Positions 15,717 through 25,949 of a stretch of DNA of 34,745 nt are shown here, one piece after another. Source of the DNA: Clostridiales bacterium (GTDB lineage Bacteria; Bacillota; Clostridia; Oscillospirales; RGIG5299); contig JAEEIO010000160.1 in NCBI GenBank assembly GCA_016281405.1, forward strand, positions 1 to 34,745, given 5' to 3'. Under the pieces are notes generated by a model. The model did not search any database, was not told the origin of the DNA, and worked only from the letters and a program-made list of their open reading frames with translations. Position 1 is the stretch's first letter. Every line of letters starts with the position of its first letter. The position numbers were made by a program, and so were the translations under genes.

Positions 15717-16967
15717 TCAGTATCTCTTGACGTCGGCTCCGAGGGCCGACAGGTTTTCTTCTATTTTTTCATAGCCGCGGTCGATATGTCCTACGTTATC
15801 TATGACGGTAAGTCCGTCGGCCGAGAGGGCCGCGACGGCAAGAGCCGCGCCGCCCCTTAGGTCGGTGCATTCGACGCTGGAGCATTGCAGTTTATCCACG
15901 CCCTCGACAACGGCGACGCGATCGTTTACCGTTATTCTCGCGCCCATCCTTATAAGCTCGTTGACGTGTTTGAATCGGTTTTCGAAGATGGTCTCGACGA
16001 ATACGCTGTCGCCTTTTGCCGTCGTCATGAGCGCCATCAAAGGCGCCTGGGCGTCGGTCGGAAAGCCGGGATACGGCATGGTCCTTATGTTACGGACGCC
16101 TTTCAGGCGGCCGTCGGTTTTCACGGTGACGGTGTCCTTCGTCCATCTGACATCGGCTCCCGCGTCGGAAAGCGCCGCTATGACAGACGAAAAGTGGAGC
16201 GGGTTGGCGCCTATGAGTTTTCCCTTCCCTCCCGTCGCGGCTATGGCGGCGAGGTAGGTCGAGGCGACTATTCTGTCGGGGATGACGGTGTGGACGACGG
16301 GATAGAGGCGTTTTACGCCCTCTATTACCATATTGCCGCCGTCGGTGCCTATTTTGGCGCCCATGTCGCGTAGGAGCGAAGACAGGTCGTCGATTTCGGG
16401 CTCTCTCGCGGCGTTGGTTATAACGGTCGTGCCCTTTGCGGTGACGGCCGCGAGCATTATATTCTCGGTGGCGCCGACACTCGGGAACCGCAGATGTATC
16501 TCGGCGCCCCGCAAGCCGTCGGGGCATTTACACTCGAGGTAGCCGCGTTTATCCTCGAATACGGCGCCCATCCGTGAAAGGGCGTCTATATGGAGGTCTA
16601 TCGGTCTCGGGCCGAGCTCGCAGCCGCCCGGCATGCTTATCTTGGCCTCGCCCGCGCGGGAAAGCATGGCGCCAAGGAAGACGATGGAAGACCTCATTTT
16701 TCGCATCAGGGCTTCTTCAATTTCGAAGTTGTCTACGTTATCCGACGAGACGGTGATAACTCCGCTTTGGCGGCTGACGCCGCATCCGAGACATTTGAGT
16801 ATTTCGACGGCCGTGGCCGTGTCGCTTATATCGGGACAGTTCTCTATAACGGTGTTCCCCGCCGTTAAAACGGAGGCCGCGAGTATCGGGAGTATGCTGT
16901 TTTTCGCTCCCTGAACGCGCAAAGTGCCGTCCAAACGGCGGCCTCCCTTTATGTAAAGCTTTGACAT
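15717..16967 (-). CDS. murA: UDP-N-acetylglucosamine 1-carboxyvinyltransferase
   Basis: GAKNS, MRSS, PGGCELGPRPIDLH (active-site Cys retained), SVGATEN, YPGFPTDAQ, DLRGGA. Confidence 0.97.
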   Translation of the reverse strand: MSKLYIKGGRRLDGTLRVQGAKNSILPILAASVLTAGNTVIENCPDISDTATAVEILKCLGCGVSRQSGVITVSSDNVDNFEIEEALMRKMRSSIVFLGAMLSRAGEAKISMPGGCELGPRPIDLHIDALSRMGAVFEDKRGYLECKCPDGLRGAEIHLRFPSVGATENIMLAAVTAKGTTVITNAAREPEIDDLSSLLRDMGAKIGTDGGNMVIEGVKRLYPVVHTVIPDRIVASTYLAAIAATGGKGKLIGANPLHFSSVIAALSDAGADVRWTKDTVTVKTDGRLKGVRNIRTMPYPGFPTDAQAPLMALMTTAKGDSVFVETIFENRFKHVNELIRMGARITVNDRVAVVEGVDKLQCSSVECTDLRGGAALAVAALSADGLTVIDNVGHIDRGYEKIEENLSALGADVKRY

Positions 16968-17029
16968 TTTCCGCCCTCCGTAGAAACGTTTACCTGTTTC
17001 TACATACTATGCGCGGGCGGAAAGGAAGG

Positions 17030-18124
17030 TCAACCGAGGAGGGCTTTTACGTTGTCGACTATTATATCGAGCGCGTCGGGTTTGGCAAGGGTCTTTGCCG
17101 CCTTCGCCATCGACGCGAGGCCGTTTTTGCTTCCGAATATGCTTTTCAAGGCCTCGGACAGCGTTTCGGCGCTGAAATCGTCCTCTTTTATAAGAAGGGC
17201 GGCGCCCGCGTCGGAAAAGGCCTTGGCGTTGTAATACTGATGGTCGTCGGTGACGTTGGGGGACGGGACGAGTATCGAAGGAAGTCCCGTTACGGCTATC
17301 TCGGCAAGCGTTATGGCGCCGCTTCGCGCTATGACGAGGTCGGCGGCGGCCATGATGTCGGGGACGTTTTCGGCGTAAGGGACTATGGTTATATTGTCGG
17401 GGAGGACGAAACCGCGGTTTTTGATCTCGTCTTTTATCTCGTCGTAATACTGTGTGCCCGTCGATAGAATTATATTATAGGCAAGGCGGTTTTCCTCGGA
17501 GGCTAAGAAATCGACCATTGAGAAGTTTATCTTCCCCGCTCCCTGCGAGCCGCCCGAGACGTAGATAAGCGGGCGGGCGTCCACAAGAAGCTCGCGGCGG
17601 CAGACCTCGCGGTCGCGGTTTTGGAAGTCGCTTCTCACGGGGTTTCCGCTTATTATTATCTTTTTCGCCGCGGCGGTATTGGCGTTTCTGTCGAAGCTCA
17701 AAAAGAGTAAGTCGGCTTTTTTGGAGACGATGCGGGTCGCCATGCCGAGAAAGGCGTTCTGTTCGTGGACGGCCGTCTTTATGCCGAGCTGCTGGGCGGC
17801 AAGGACGGTGGGCGCACTTATGTAGCCGCCGGTGCCTACGACTATGTCGGGATTGAACTCTTTTATTATCTTTTTAGCTTTAGAGACGGCGTTAAGAAGT
17901 CTCGCCGCGCTTTTTACGTTTTTTATGAGGTTTTTACGGTAGAAGACGCCCGAGCGGATAAACCTTATCTCGTAGCCCGCGTCGGGCACGAGTTTGGCCT
18001 CGAGCCTGTTTTGCTGACCGACGAACATTATCTCGGCGCCGTAACGGTCCCGAAGCGCGTCGGCAATCGCTATCGCGGGATAGACGTGGCCGCCCGTGCC
18101 GCCGGCCGCCATTATGACCTTCAC
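17030..18124 (-). CDS. murG: MurG lipid II GlcNAc transferase
   Basis: GGTGGHVYP, GTGGY, HEQN, GNPVR, GGSQGA, RSGA, HQYYNA. Confidence 0.97.
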   Translation of the reverse strand: MKVIMAAGGTGGHVYPAIAIADALRDRYGAEIMFVGQQNRLEAKLVPDAGYEIRFIRSGVFYRKNLIKNVKSAARLLNAVSKAKKIIKEFNPDIVVGTGGYISAPTVLAAQQLGIKTAVHEQNAFLGMATRIVSKKADLLFLSFDRNANTAAAKKIIISGNPVRSDFQNRDREVCRRELLVDARPLIYVSGGSQGAGKINFSMVDFLASEENRLAYNIILSTGTQYYDEIKDEIKNRGFVLPDNITIVPYAENVPDIMAAADLVIARSGAITLAEIAVTGLPSILVPSPNVTDDHQYYNAKAFSDAGAALLIKEDDFSAETLSEALKSIFGSKNGLASMAKAAKTLAKPDALDIIVDNVKALLG

Positions 18125-18134
18125 AAAATCACCC

Positions 18135-19355
18135 TCATTTTTTGACGAGTCTTGAATATCTCGAAACGGAGAGGACTATTCCCATTTCGAAGAGGAGTAT
18201 TAAGATCGAGGTGCCGCCGTAGCTGAAGAACGGCAGCGAAATGCCCGTGTTCGGCAGAGTGTTGGTGACGACGGCGATGTTGAGCGCGGTCTGTATCGCC
18301 ACCCTCGTTATTATGCCCGTGACGAGGAAAAAGCCGAATTTGTCGGGCGCCGAAAGGGCTATTTTATAGCCTCTGTATATCAGTATAACAAATAACGCGA
18401 TAATAATCAAGGCTCCGACGAAGCCGAGCTCCTCGCAGACTATGGCGAAGATAAAGTCGTTTTGCGGCTCGGGGATATAGAGGTATTTCTGACGGGAGCG
18501 TCCAAGGCCGAGTCCGAAGAGGCCTCCCGAGCCGATGGCGTAAAGGCCCTGAATAGTCTGGAAGCCGTCACCGAGGGGATCGGAGAAGGGGTCTAACCAG
18601 ATCTTGAGGCGGTCGGTCATATAGTTCCCTCTTTTGAGGAGGAACAAAACGCCCGCGCCGACGCCCGCGAGTCCGACGGGAAGCAGTATGCGAAGCCGCG
18701 TGCCCGCCACTATCATGAGCACGACGCCGACGGACGCTATCAGTATGGCGCCCGAAAGGTGCGGCTCTATGAGGGTGAGGACGGCGGGGACGCCGATTAT
18801 GCCCATAGGTATGACGAAGCCGTATAAAAAGGTCTTCATCTTGTTGTAGTTGACGGACATATAGAGGGACAGCGCCATGATAGTCCCGAGTTTTGCCACC
18901 TCGGAGGGTTGGACCGTTATGCCGAAGACGACTATCCAGCGGTTGACGTCGCCTCTTCCGACGAAGAGGGCGACTATGAGAAGGCCTATCGATACGACGT
19001 AGAAAACGTAGGCGAAAAGTCGGAGGACGTTATAGTTTATATGCGAGACGACGAACATCGCGACAAGTCCGATGCCCGCGAAAATAAGCTGGCGTTTGAT
19101 ATAGTAGTAGCTGTCGCCGTCGTTTCTGTAAAAGCCCCAGACGAAGCTCGCCGAGAAGACCATGACGAGTCCGACGGCAAGGAGCGTCAGTACGAGGACG
19201 AGGAAAAGGGTGTCTAAAGGAAGGCCGCGGGAGAATAACTTCATTGCCGAGGGGGTCTTGCCTACGTTCGCCTTGGCGTCCATCTCGGCGACGGTCTTCT
19301 TCTCTTCCCCGGGGGTGACCTCGGTGAGAGTATCTGTCTGTTCATTATTTTTCAT
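18135..19355 (-). CDS. ftsW: SEDS family peptidoglycan polymerase FtsW/SpoVE
   Basis: MVFSAS, RWI...QPSE.AK, GFQ..Q...AIGSGG, PEPQNDFIFA..EELG, LPFFSYGG. Confidence 0.95.
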   Translation of the reverse strand: MKNNEQTDTLTEVTPGEEKKTVAEMDAKANVGKTPSAMKLFSRGLPLDTLFLVLVLTLLAVGLVMVFSASFVWGFYRNDGDSYYYIKRQLIFAGIGLVAMFVVSHINYNVLRLFAYVFYVVSIGLLIVALFVGRGDVNRWIVVFGITVQPSEVAKLGTIMALSLYMSVNYNKMKTFLYGFVIPMGIIGVPAVLTLIEPHLSGAILIASVGVVLMIVAGTRLRILLPVGLAGVGAGVLFLLKRGNYMTDRLKIWLDPFSDPLGDGFQTIQGLYAIGSGGLFGLGLGRSRQKYLYIPEPQNDFIFAIVCEELGFVGALIIIALFVILIYRGYKIALSAPDKFGFFLVTGIITRVAIQTALNIAVVTNTLPNTGISLPFFSYGGTSILILLFEMGIVLSVSRYSRLVKK

Positions 19356-19387
19356 AACGGCCCTCCTTTCTTGTAATTTGCGTCAAA

Positions 19388-20371
19388 TCAGGTCCCGAAC
19401 ATCAAAAACGCGAGGAGAGAGGCGAAAAAGGTTATGACGGTGAATACCACCACTATTTTGTTCTCTTTCCAGCCGCATAATTCGAAATGGTGGTGAATCG
19501 GCGACATTTTGAAAAGTCTTTTGCCGTGGGATATTTTATAGTAGCCGACCTGAAGAAGAACGGAGACGCTCTCGAAGACCATCATGATACCCGCCAAAAA
19601 GACGAGCATCATAAGGTTAAGCGTGACGCCCGAGAGGACGAATACGGCGCCTAAAAAGAGCGAGCCGGTGTCGCCCATGAAGACCCTGGCGGGATTCATG
19701 TTGAAAATGAGGAAAGCGAGGGTGCCGCCTATCGCGGCCGTTAGCATCGTCGCCATATCGTCGGCGGCAAAGGAAAGGGCGCAAAGGGTCATGGCGGTGA
19801 GGGCGGGTATGGATTCGGCGGCAAGCAGGCCGTCGATGCCGTCGGCGATGTTGAAGCTGTTATTTATGAAGACTATGGCGATTATCGTTATCGGATAGTA
19901 GAAAAAGCCGAGGTCCCAGGTGGCTTGCGTGAAAGGAAGGGATATTTCGGTCGAGGTATAGCCCGAGACGGACATATAGACGACAAAGGCGGCCGCGAAA
20001 AGGAACTGAAGGAGGAATTTCTGTAAGACCGTAAGTCCCTGATTTCTCTTTTTGAATATCTTTATGAAATCGTCGGCAAAGCCTATGGCTCCGAAGCAGA
20101 CTGCGCCCACCATGACGGCTACGACGCGGTAGTCGCCGTTTATGGTCTCGTTCATGGCAAAGCACAGCGTGGCGACTACGTAGGCGAGAATAAAGACTAT
20201 TCCGCCCATTGTGGGCGTTCCCTTCTTCTTCTCGTGCCACTTGGGGCCTTCCTCGAGTATCGTCTGTCCGAACTTAAGCTTGCGGAGCATCGGTATAACG
20301 AGAGGGAGAAGGATCACCGTTATACCGAAGGAGAGAAGAAGCGCGAACATGACTAAAAGCATTCCCGACAT
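19388..20371 (-). CDS. mraY: Phospho-N-acetylmuramoyl-pentapeptide transferase
   Basis: GP.WH.KK.GTPTMGG, GFADD, N.ADGIDGL, FMGDTGS, PIHHHFE. Confidence 0.97.
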   Translation of the reverse strand: MSGMLLVMFALLLSFGITVILLPLVIPMLRKLKFGQTILEEGPKWHEKKKGTPTMGGIVFILAYVVATLCFAMNETINGDYRVVAVMVGAVCFGAIGFADDFIKIFKKRNQGLTVLQKFLLQFLFAAAFVVYMSVSGYTSTEISLPFTQATWDLGFFYYPITIIAIVFINNSFNIADGIDGLLAAESIPALTAMTLCALSFAADDMATMLTAAIGGTLAFLIFNMNPARVFMGDTGSLFLGAVFVLSGVTLNLMMLVFLAGIMMVFESVSVLLQVGYYKISHGKRLFKMSPIHHHFELCGWKENKIVVVFTVITFFASLLAFLMFGT

Positions 20372-21763
20372 TTATTTTTTCCATCCTTCCTTAAAAGCGG
20401 CGAGACAGTCTTCGGCGCGCATTCCGCGGCTTGCCTTGAATAAGACCGCTCCGCCTCTTTTCATAGAGTCTATAACGTCTATTACGGCGGCGTTCTTATC
20501 GGCGTAATGGCGGGAGACGCCTTTCTTTACGCTGTTTGCGCCGTCGGATATATATTTGCCGTTTTCGCCGTAGCATATCACCGCGTCGAAGACCTTCGCC
20601 GCGGCGGCGCCGACGTCGAAATGGTATTTCGGGCTGTCGGGGCCGAGCTCGAGCATATCGCCGAGCAGCGCGACTTTAGGGCTTTCGGGGCGCTCCGACA
20701 TGACGTCGAAGGCGGCCTTCATGCTCGAGGGGCTGGCGTTGTAGCAGTCCTCCATTATCGTCACGCCCTCGAAGGAGAAGATGCTCTGGCGCATTTTTTC
20801 GTTTTTATAGGAGGCGAGGCCCTTTATTATCTCGTCGGTCTCGAGGCCGCAAAGATAACCCGCGACGACGGCGGCGAGGGCGTTTAAGACGTTGTGATTG
20901 CCGAAAGCCGATATTTTCGCGTCGAAGCTGCCGTAGGGGGTGACGACCCTGAAGGCCGTGCCGTCTTCAAGACGGCGGACGTTTTCGGCGCGGTATGCCG
21001 CGGCCTTGTTCTCGATGCCGTAAAGGATCACGGGGTGGGAGAGCGTTCCCGAGGCGGGGTAAAGCATATCGTCGTCGGCGTTTAGGACCATGGTGCCGTC
21101 GGCGCCGAGGCCGTTTTCTATCTCAAGTTTGGCTTTGAGGATGTTTTTACGGCTTCCGAGCGCCTCTATGTGGCTGACGCCGATATTTGTGATCACGGCG
21201 ACGCCGGGACGGGCAATGCGGGTGAGGTAGTCTATCTCTCCCGCGGCGTCCATCCCCATTTCGAGAACGGCGGCGCCTTTTTTGGAGTCCATATTGAGGA
21301 GCGAGAGCGGGAGACCCGTTTCGCTGTTGAAATTGCCTTCGCTTTTCAGGACGTCGTAGCGCGCCGAGAGGACGGCGTAAATCATCTCTTTGGTCGTAGT
21401 CTTGCCGACGCTACCCGTCACGCCGACGAAGGGGCATTCGAAGCGTTTTCTGTAGGCGAGCGCCAAGGCGCCGAGGGCGCGTTCGGAGGAAATGACCTCT
21501 ATGAAGGCCGCCTTTTCGGCTTCGGGAGACAGCGAAAGGGCGCCGTAGGGGCGTTCGATGACTATCACCGAAGCGCCGTTTGCGACGGCGGAGTCAATAA
21601 AGCCGTGGCCGTCGTTTTGCGGCCCTTTTACGGCGAAGAAAATCCAGTCTTTTTTAATTCTGCGGGAGTCGACGTCGGCGCCGACGCATTCGGTTAAGGC
21701 GTCGCCGTGGACAAGCCGTCCGCCCGTCATGCGCGCTACATCGGCGGCAGTAAGTTTTTCCAT
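20372..21763 (-). CDS. murF: UDP-MurNAc-tripeptide--D-Ala-D-Ala ligase
   Basis: DSR, GVTGSVGKTTTKE, VLEMGM, DCYNASP, LGDMLELG, KASRG. Start 21763 (MEKL) preferred over 21784 because AAGGA lies upstream. Confidence 0.95.
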   Translation of the reverse strand: MEKLTAADVARMTGGRLVHGDALTECVGADVDSRRIKKDWIFFAVKGPQNDGHGFIDSAVANGASVIVIERPYGALSLSPEAEKAAFIEVISSERALGALALAYRKRFECPFVGVTGSVGKTTTKEMIYAVLSARYDVLKSEGNFNSETGLPLSLLNMDSKKGAAVLEMGMDAAGEIDYLTRIARPGVAVITNIGVSHIEALGSRKNILKAKLEIENGLGADGTMVLNADDDMLYPASGTLSHPVILYGIENKAAAYRAENVRRLEDGTAFRVVTPYGSFDAKISAFGNHNVLNALAAVVAGYLCGLETDEIIKGLASYKNEKMRQSIFSFEGVTIMEDCYNASPSSMKAAFDVMSERPESPKVALLGDMLELGPDSPKYHFDVGAAAAKVFDAVICYGENGKYISDGANSVKKGVSRHYADKNAAVIDVIDSMKRGGAVLFKASRGMRAEDCLAAFKEGWKK

Positions 21764-21799
21764 TTGGAGTTCATTTCCTTTCATGTCGAAAGCGGCGGG

Positions 21800-23233
21800 T
21801 CAGATATACTCTTTGAGTATTTCGCGCTCGTCGAAATCGACGACTCTGTCTTTCAAAATCTGGTAGGTCTCGTGTCCCTTGCCCGCAAGGAGCACGATAT
21901 CGCCTTTCGAGGCGTTCGAGAGGGCGGTTTTTATTGCAGTCCGCCTGTCTTCTATAATGAGAATCGGAGCGCGGGAAAAGGCGGCGCCCGAGGCTATCTC
22001 GTCTATTATGGCGTAGGGGTCTTCGGTGCGGGGGTTGTCAGACGTGATGACGACGAGGTCGGAGAGCCTTGCGGCGATCTCGCCCATTATGGGGCGTTTG
22101 GTTTTGTCGCGGTCGCCGCCGCAACCGAAAACGGTGACGAGTTTTCCCCTGCCCTTTACGTCGCGGAGGGCGACGAGGACTTTTTCGAGTCCGTCGGGAG
22201 TGTGGGCGTAATCAATGACGACGGTAACGCCGTCTTTGGTCTCTATACGTTCCATGCGCCCCTTAATGCCGCCCGCAGTAGCTATATAATCGGAGGCTTT
22301 GTCGAAGGGGACGCCCGAAAGGACGGCAAGCGAGACGGCAGTAAGGGCGTTATAGACCGAAAAGCGGCCGGGGATGTTAATTTCGGTTTCGCGTTCACGT
22401 CCGTCATAGCAAAGTGTAAAAACGGTCTTTTCGCGGCTCTGGCGGAGGTTTTTGGCGCGGATATCGCAGTTTTGGGAGGATATTCCATAGGAAAGGTTTT
22501 TACCTTTACATACTGACGAGGCCTCTTTAAAGGCGTCGGCGTAAGCGTCGTCGGCGTTATAGGCGAAGTTTTCGCATAACGGGACGAGCAGGAGCTTTGC
22601 GGCGAGGTAATTATCCATATTGCCGTGGTAATCGAGATGGTCGCGGGTGAGGTTGGTCACGGCGCCGCTTTGAAAGTTTACGGCCGATACCCTTTTCTGA
22701 ACGAGTGAGTGGGAGGAGACCTCCATACAGACGTCGGAAAGACGGTTTTTACGCATTTTATCGAGCAGTCCGTAAAGCTCGTCGGGCGGCGGCGTGGTTC
22801 GGGCCGAGGCGACGGCGTCGTCGCCCGTCATATTGGCGACGGTGCCTATAATACCCGCCCGCCGACCGCATTTTTCGAGGATATGCCGTAAGAGAAAGGT
22901 GACGGTGGTCTTGCCGTTTGTCCCCGTCACGCCGTGGATCCGGAGCGATGAGGCTGGGTCGCCGTAATAGTTTCGCCAGATTATCGAACGGGCCGCGGCG
23001 GCGTCCTTTACGGCTATGTCGCCGTCTTCCGTGTCGCCGTCGGCGACTATGAGGCTTCCTTTTTCTCTCGCTTCGCGGGTATAGCGGCCGTCTTTGTTGC
23101 TTAAAACGTCAAGCGATATAAATAACGTCTTTTCGCCTGCGTCCTTCGAGGACGCGACTACTTTTTCCACTTCCCTGTCGCCGTCAAAGCGGGACAGAAC
23201 TTCGACATCCTTCAAAAGCGCTGAAAGCTTCAT
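21800..23233 (-). CDS. murE: UDP-MurNAc-dipeptide--meso-DAP ligase
   Basis: GVTGTNGKTT, MEVSSH, NLTRDHLDYH, DYAHTPD, DNPR (meso-DAP type), AGKGHE; ATG 23233 has a GGGGTG RBS. Confidence 0.96.
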   Translation of the reverse strand: MKLSALLKDVEVLSRFDGDREVEKVVASSKDAGEKTLFISLDVLSNKDGRYTREAREKGSLIVADGDTEDGDIAVKDAAAARSIIWRNYYGDPASSLRIHGVTGTNGKTTVTFLLRHILEKCGRRAGIIGTVANMTGDDAVASARTTPPPDELYGLLDKMRKNRLSDVCMEVSSHSLVQKRVSAVNFQSGAVTNLTRDHLDYHGNMDNYLAAKLLLVPLCENFAYNADDAYADAFKEASSVCKGKNLSYGISSQNCDIRAKNLRQSREKTVFTLCYDGRERETEINIPGRFSVYNALTAVSLAVLSGVPFDKASDYIATAGGIKGRMERIETKDGVTVVIDYAHTPDGLEKVLVALRDVKGRGKLVTVFGCGGDRDKTKRPIMGEIAARLSDLVVITSDNPRTEDPYAIIDEIASGAAFSRAPILIIEDRRTAIKTALSNASKGDIVLLAGKGHETYQILKDRVVDFDEREILKEYI

Positions 23234-23250
23234 AGGATGCACCCCGTTAT

Positions 23251-25470
23251 TTAATCGAATACGTTGTTGTAATCGTCTGTCGGATAGTAAAGCTCGAGCG
23301 TGACGAGGTCGCCCGCCGGTCGGAATTCGCCCGCCGCCGGCTCTTCGGCGACGACGATGACGTCCTTTAAGTCTTTATAGTCCTCTTTCAGTTTGATATT
23401 GAAGCCCTTGGCGTTAAGAAGCTTTCTCGCCTCGTCGAGCGATTTGCCTATGACGTCGGGTATTTCGACGGCTTTTATCGAGTCGACGGTGTCGGTGTAG
23501 AGGTTTACGACGGTGCCGGGGAGGACCTTTTCGCCCTTCTTGGGAAGCTGATATTTGATCTTTTCGCCGGTGCCGACGACTTTGACGGCAAGGCCCGCGT
23601 CGGAGACGGCCTTTTTGGCGTCGGCCGTATTCTGTCCGACGTAGTTGGCGACTGTTATCTTTTTGGTCGCGACCTCGCGGTTGGGCTCGAGGCCGAGGTA
23701 CGGCAGTATGGCGGTCAGCATGTCGCGGTTAAGTCTTGTGGCGGAGCTGTAGTAGTTTACGGCGACGTTGGGCTCTATCGACTCGTCGAAGACCGACAGG
23801 ACGGCTATTTCGGGGTCGTCGGCGGGCGCGATGCTTAAGAAAGACGTGACGTAGAGCCAGACGTTTCCGTCCTTGTCTCTTTTATCGAGTTTTTCACTGG
23901 TGCCCGACTTACCCGCTATGAGATAACCCGAGACGCGGGCGTTTGTGCCCGTGCCGTCCTCGACGACGCCGACCATCATTTCGAGCACCTGCTCGGCCGT
24001 CTCTTTGCTTACTATCTGCTTGACCTCCGTCGTGCCGAAGCTGTCGACGAGACTTCCGTCGGAGGCGGTTATCTCCTTCACGACGTGCGGCTTTACCATC
24101 ATGCCGCCGTTTGCGTAGGAGGAGACTATCTGAAGCATCTGTATCATCGACACCTTGAATTGCTGGCCGAAAGAGGAGGTCGCGATTTCGGTGGCGTTAT
24201 AGTTGGATCTGGTGAAGAAGAAGCCCGCTTCCTCGGAGGGAAGGTCTATGCCCGTCTTGCTGCCGATGCCGAGGCTCTTTATGAAGGAGAACATATTGTC
24301 GCCGCCTATCATTTCGGCGATGGTCATAAAACTCGGGTTGCAGGAGTAGGCAAGCGCGCCCGCGAAGGTCAGTCTGCCGTGGCCCGAGCGTTTGGCGCAG
24401 CGTATTCTGACGCCCGCGACGACGTGGTAACCGGGGCAGTAAAACTCGTGGTCGGGACTGCAGACGTCAAGTTCGAGAGCGAGGGCGGCGGTGACCGTCT
24501 TGAAGACCGAGCCCGGCTCGTATATTTCGGAGACGACCTTGTTCCGCCACATTTCGTAGAGAAGGTCGGTATAGTTGGAGTTATCTTTTTCGAGCCTGGC
24601 GGCGTAAAAGTCGGTGAGGGTGAAGGGTTCGTTCAGGTCGAAGTCGGGCATGGTCGCCATGGCGAGTATCTCGCCCGTTTTGACGTTCATGACGACGCTC
24701 GCGCTGCGGTTTCTCGAGCCGTTTTCGTTCTGATATTCGCGGAGATAATTCTCGACGGTGTATTGGACGACCTGGTCGATCGTGAGGGTGACGTTCTGAC
24801 CGTTGACGGGCTCTATATACATTTCGTTGTCGTAGGGGATCAGGTATTTGCTGCTGCCCGAGGCCCGCGTCGAAATGATGCGTCCCGCGGTGCCGCCCAG
24901 GTAGGCGTCATACTGCGCCTCGACGCCGTAAAGGCCCTGATTGTCGTCGCCGACGAAGCCTAAGACGTGAGAGGCGAGCGAGCCGAAGGGATAGTAGCGC
25001 TTGGGGTCGTCGGTGACGTTGACGCAGTTGGTGAGTTTGTTTTCCTTTATAAAGGCTCTGACCTCGGTGGCGACCGAGGGCTCGATCCTTCTTGCGACGG
25101 CGACGTAGCTGCTCTGGGTCTTTGCGACGGCGTTTTCCATGGTCTCGCGTTTTAAGCCGAGTATTCCGGAGAGGCCGTCTATGACCGTCTCCTTTTCCTC
25201 TTCGGCTATTCTGTTGGGGACTATGTAGACCTTATAGGCGGTCGCAGATTCGGCGAGGACGATGCCGTTACGGTCGTATATGGTGCCGCGGTCGGCGTTG
25301 ACTGTTATGACGGCGGTCTGCTGGTTTATGGCCTGCTGTTCGTAATATTCGTGGTTGATTATCTGAATATTGAAAAGCTGTATCACGAGGACGCCGAAAA
25401 AGAGGAAAAGGATTATTCCGCTCATTATCATCGTGCGTCTTTTTATCGGTTTCGTAACGCCCGCGGACAT
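23251..25470 (-). CDS. ftsI: Class B penicillin-binding protein (FtsI/SpoVD type) with two C-terminal PASTA domains
   Basis: TM anchor, RGTIYDRNG, RYYP, SxxK (GSVFK), SxN (SCN), KSGT; PASTA-like V.NYVG and IPDVIG. Start 25470 follows GAGGGGG RBS. Confidence 0.92.
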   Translation of the reverse strand: MSAGVTKPIKRRTMIMSGIILFLFFGVLVIQLFNIQIINHEYYEQQAINQQTAVITVNADRGTIYDRNGIVLAESATAYKVYIVPNRIAEEEKETVIDGLSGILGLKRETMENAVAKTQSSYVAVARRIEPSVATEVRAFIKENKLTNCVNVTDDPKRYYPFGSLASHVLGFVGDDNQGLYGVEAQYDAYLGGTAGRIISTRASGSSKYLIPYDNEMYIEPVNGQNVTLTIDQVVQYTVENYLREYQNENGSRNRSASVVMNVKTGEILAMATMPDFDLNEPFTLTDFYAARLEKDNSNYTDLLYEMWRNKVVSEIYEPGSVFKTVTAALALELDVCSPDHEFYCPGYHVVAGVRIRCAKRSGHGRLTFAGALAYSCNPSFMTIAEMIGGDNMFSFIKSLGIGSKTGIDLPSEEAGFFFTRSNYNATEIATSSFGQQFKVSMIQMLQIVSSYANGGMMVKPHVVKEITASDGSLVDSFGTTEVKQIVSKETAEQVLEMMVGVVEDGTGTNARVSGYLIAGKSGTSEKLDKRDKDGNVWLYVTSFLSIAPADDPEIAVLSVFDESIEPNVAVNYYSSATRLNRDMLTAILPYLGLEPNREVATKKITVANYVGQNTADAKKAVSDAGLAVKVVGTGEKIKYQLPKKGEKVLPGTVVNLYTDTVDSIKAVEIPDVIGKSLDEARKLLNAKGFNIKLKEDYKDLKDVIVVAEEPAAGEFRPAGDLVTLELYYPTDDYNNVFD

Positions 25471-25496
25471 CTTCTTTTCCCCCTCTTTCAAAAGTG

Positions 25497-25558
25497 AAAG
25501 CCAAGCTCTGATCTTGGCTTTTTATTCATTATAGTATTGTGTCAGCTGAAATATGCAA
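25497..25558 (-). promoter_or_regulatory. Possible internal promoter and leader hairpin upstream of the PBP gene
   Basis: Minus strand TTGCAT (25558-25553), 16 nt, TACTAT overlapping TATAAT (25536-25528); hairpin AAAGCCAAG-N7-CTTGGCTTT (25497-25521). Confidence 0.4.
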
Positions 25559-25934
25559 GTATGATCGAAAGGCCCTTCGCGATGGATGAGAGAAATCCGC
25601 CCGTCTCCTCGGAGGCCTGCTCCACCCTGTCTTCCGACGGGATGCTTATGTATTTGATATTCGACGAGTCGGTCTTTACCATGCCGAGCTCCTCGGCCTT
25701 CTTTTCGACGTTGCTTATGTCGGTTATCCTGTTGATCTCGACGTTGAGCCTCACTATCTCGCTCTCAATGAGCTTGGTCTCGTTCTGTATGGTGGTGGCC
25801 TCGAAGGAAAGCTCGTTAAGCTTGGCGTAATTGAATATCGAGACGACTATGAGGAGCGAAACGGCTATTAAGAAGGTGACGAGGCTGGGACGGGCGCGGC
25901 GGGAACGGGTCTTTTCGGTTTTTTTGGTTTTCAC
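25542..25934 (-). CDS. ftsL: Cell division protein FtsL-like
   Basis: Basic N-tail, single TM, coiled coil ending VEKKAEELGM; between rsmH and the PBP gene; AAGGAG RBS. Confidence 0.85.
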   Translation of the reverse strand: MKTKKTEKTRSRRARPSLVTFLIAVSLLIVVSIFNYAKLNELSFEATTIQNETKLIESEIVRLNVEINRITDISNVEKKAEELGMVKTDSSNIKYISIPSEDRVEQASEETGGFLSSIAKGLSIILAYFS

Positions 25935-25949
25935 GGCCGTTTTCTCCTT

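Noticed and set aside
15717-16967. Fosfomycin-resistant MurA variant
   Set aside because: Active-site Cys is retained (PGGCELG); no Cys-to-Asp change.
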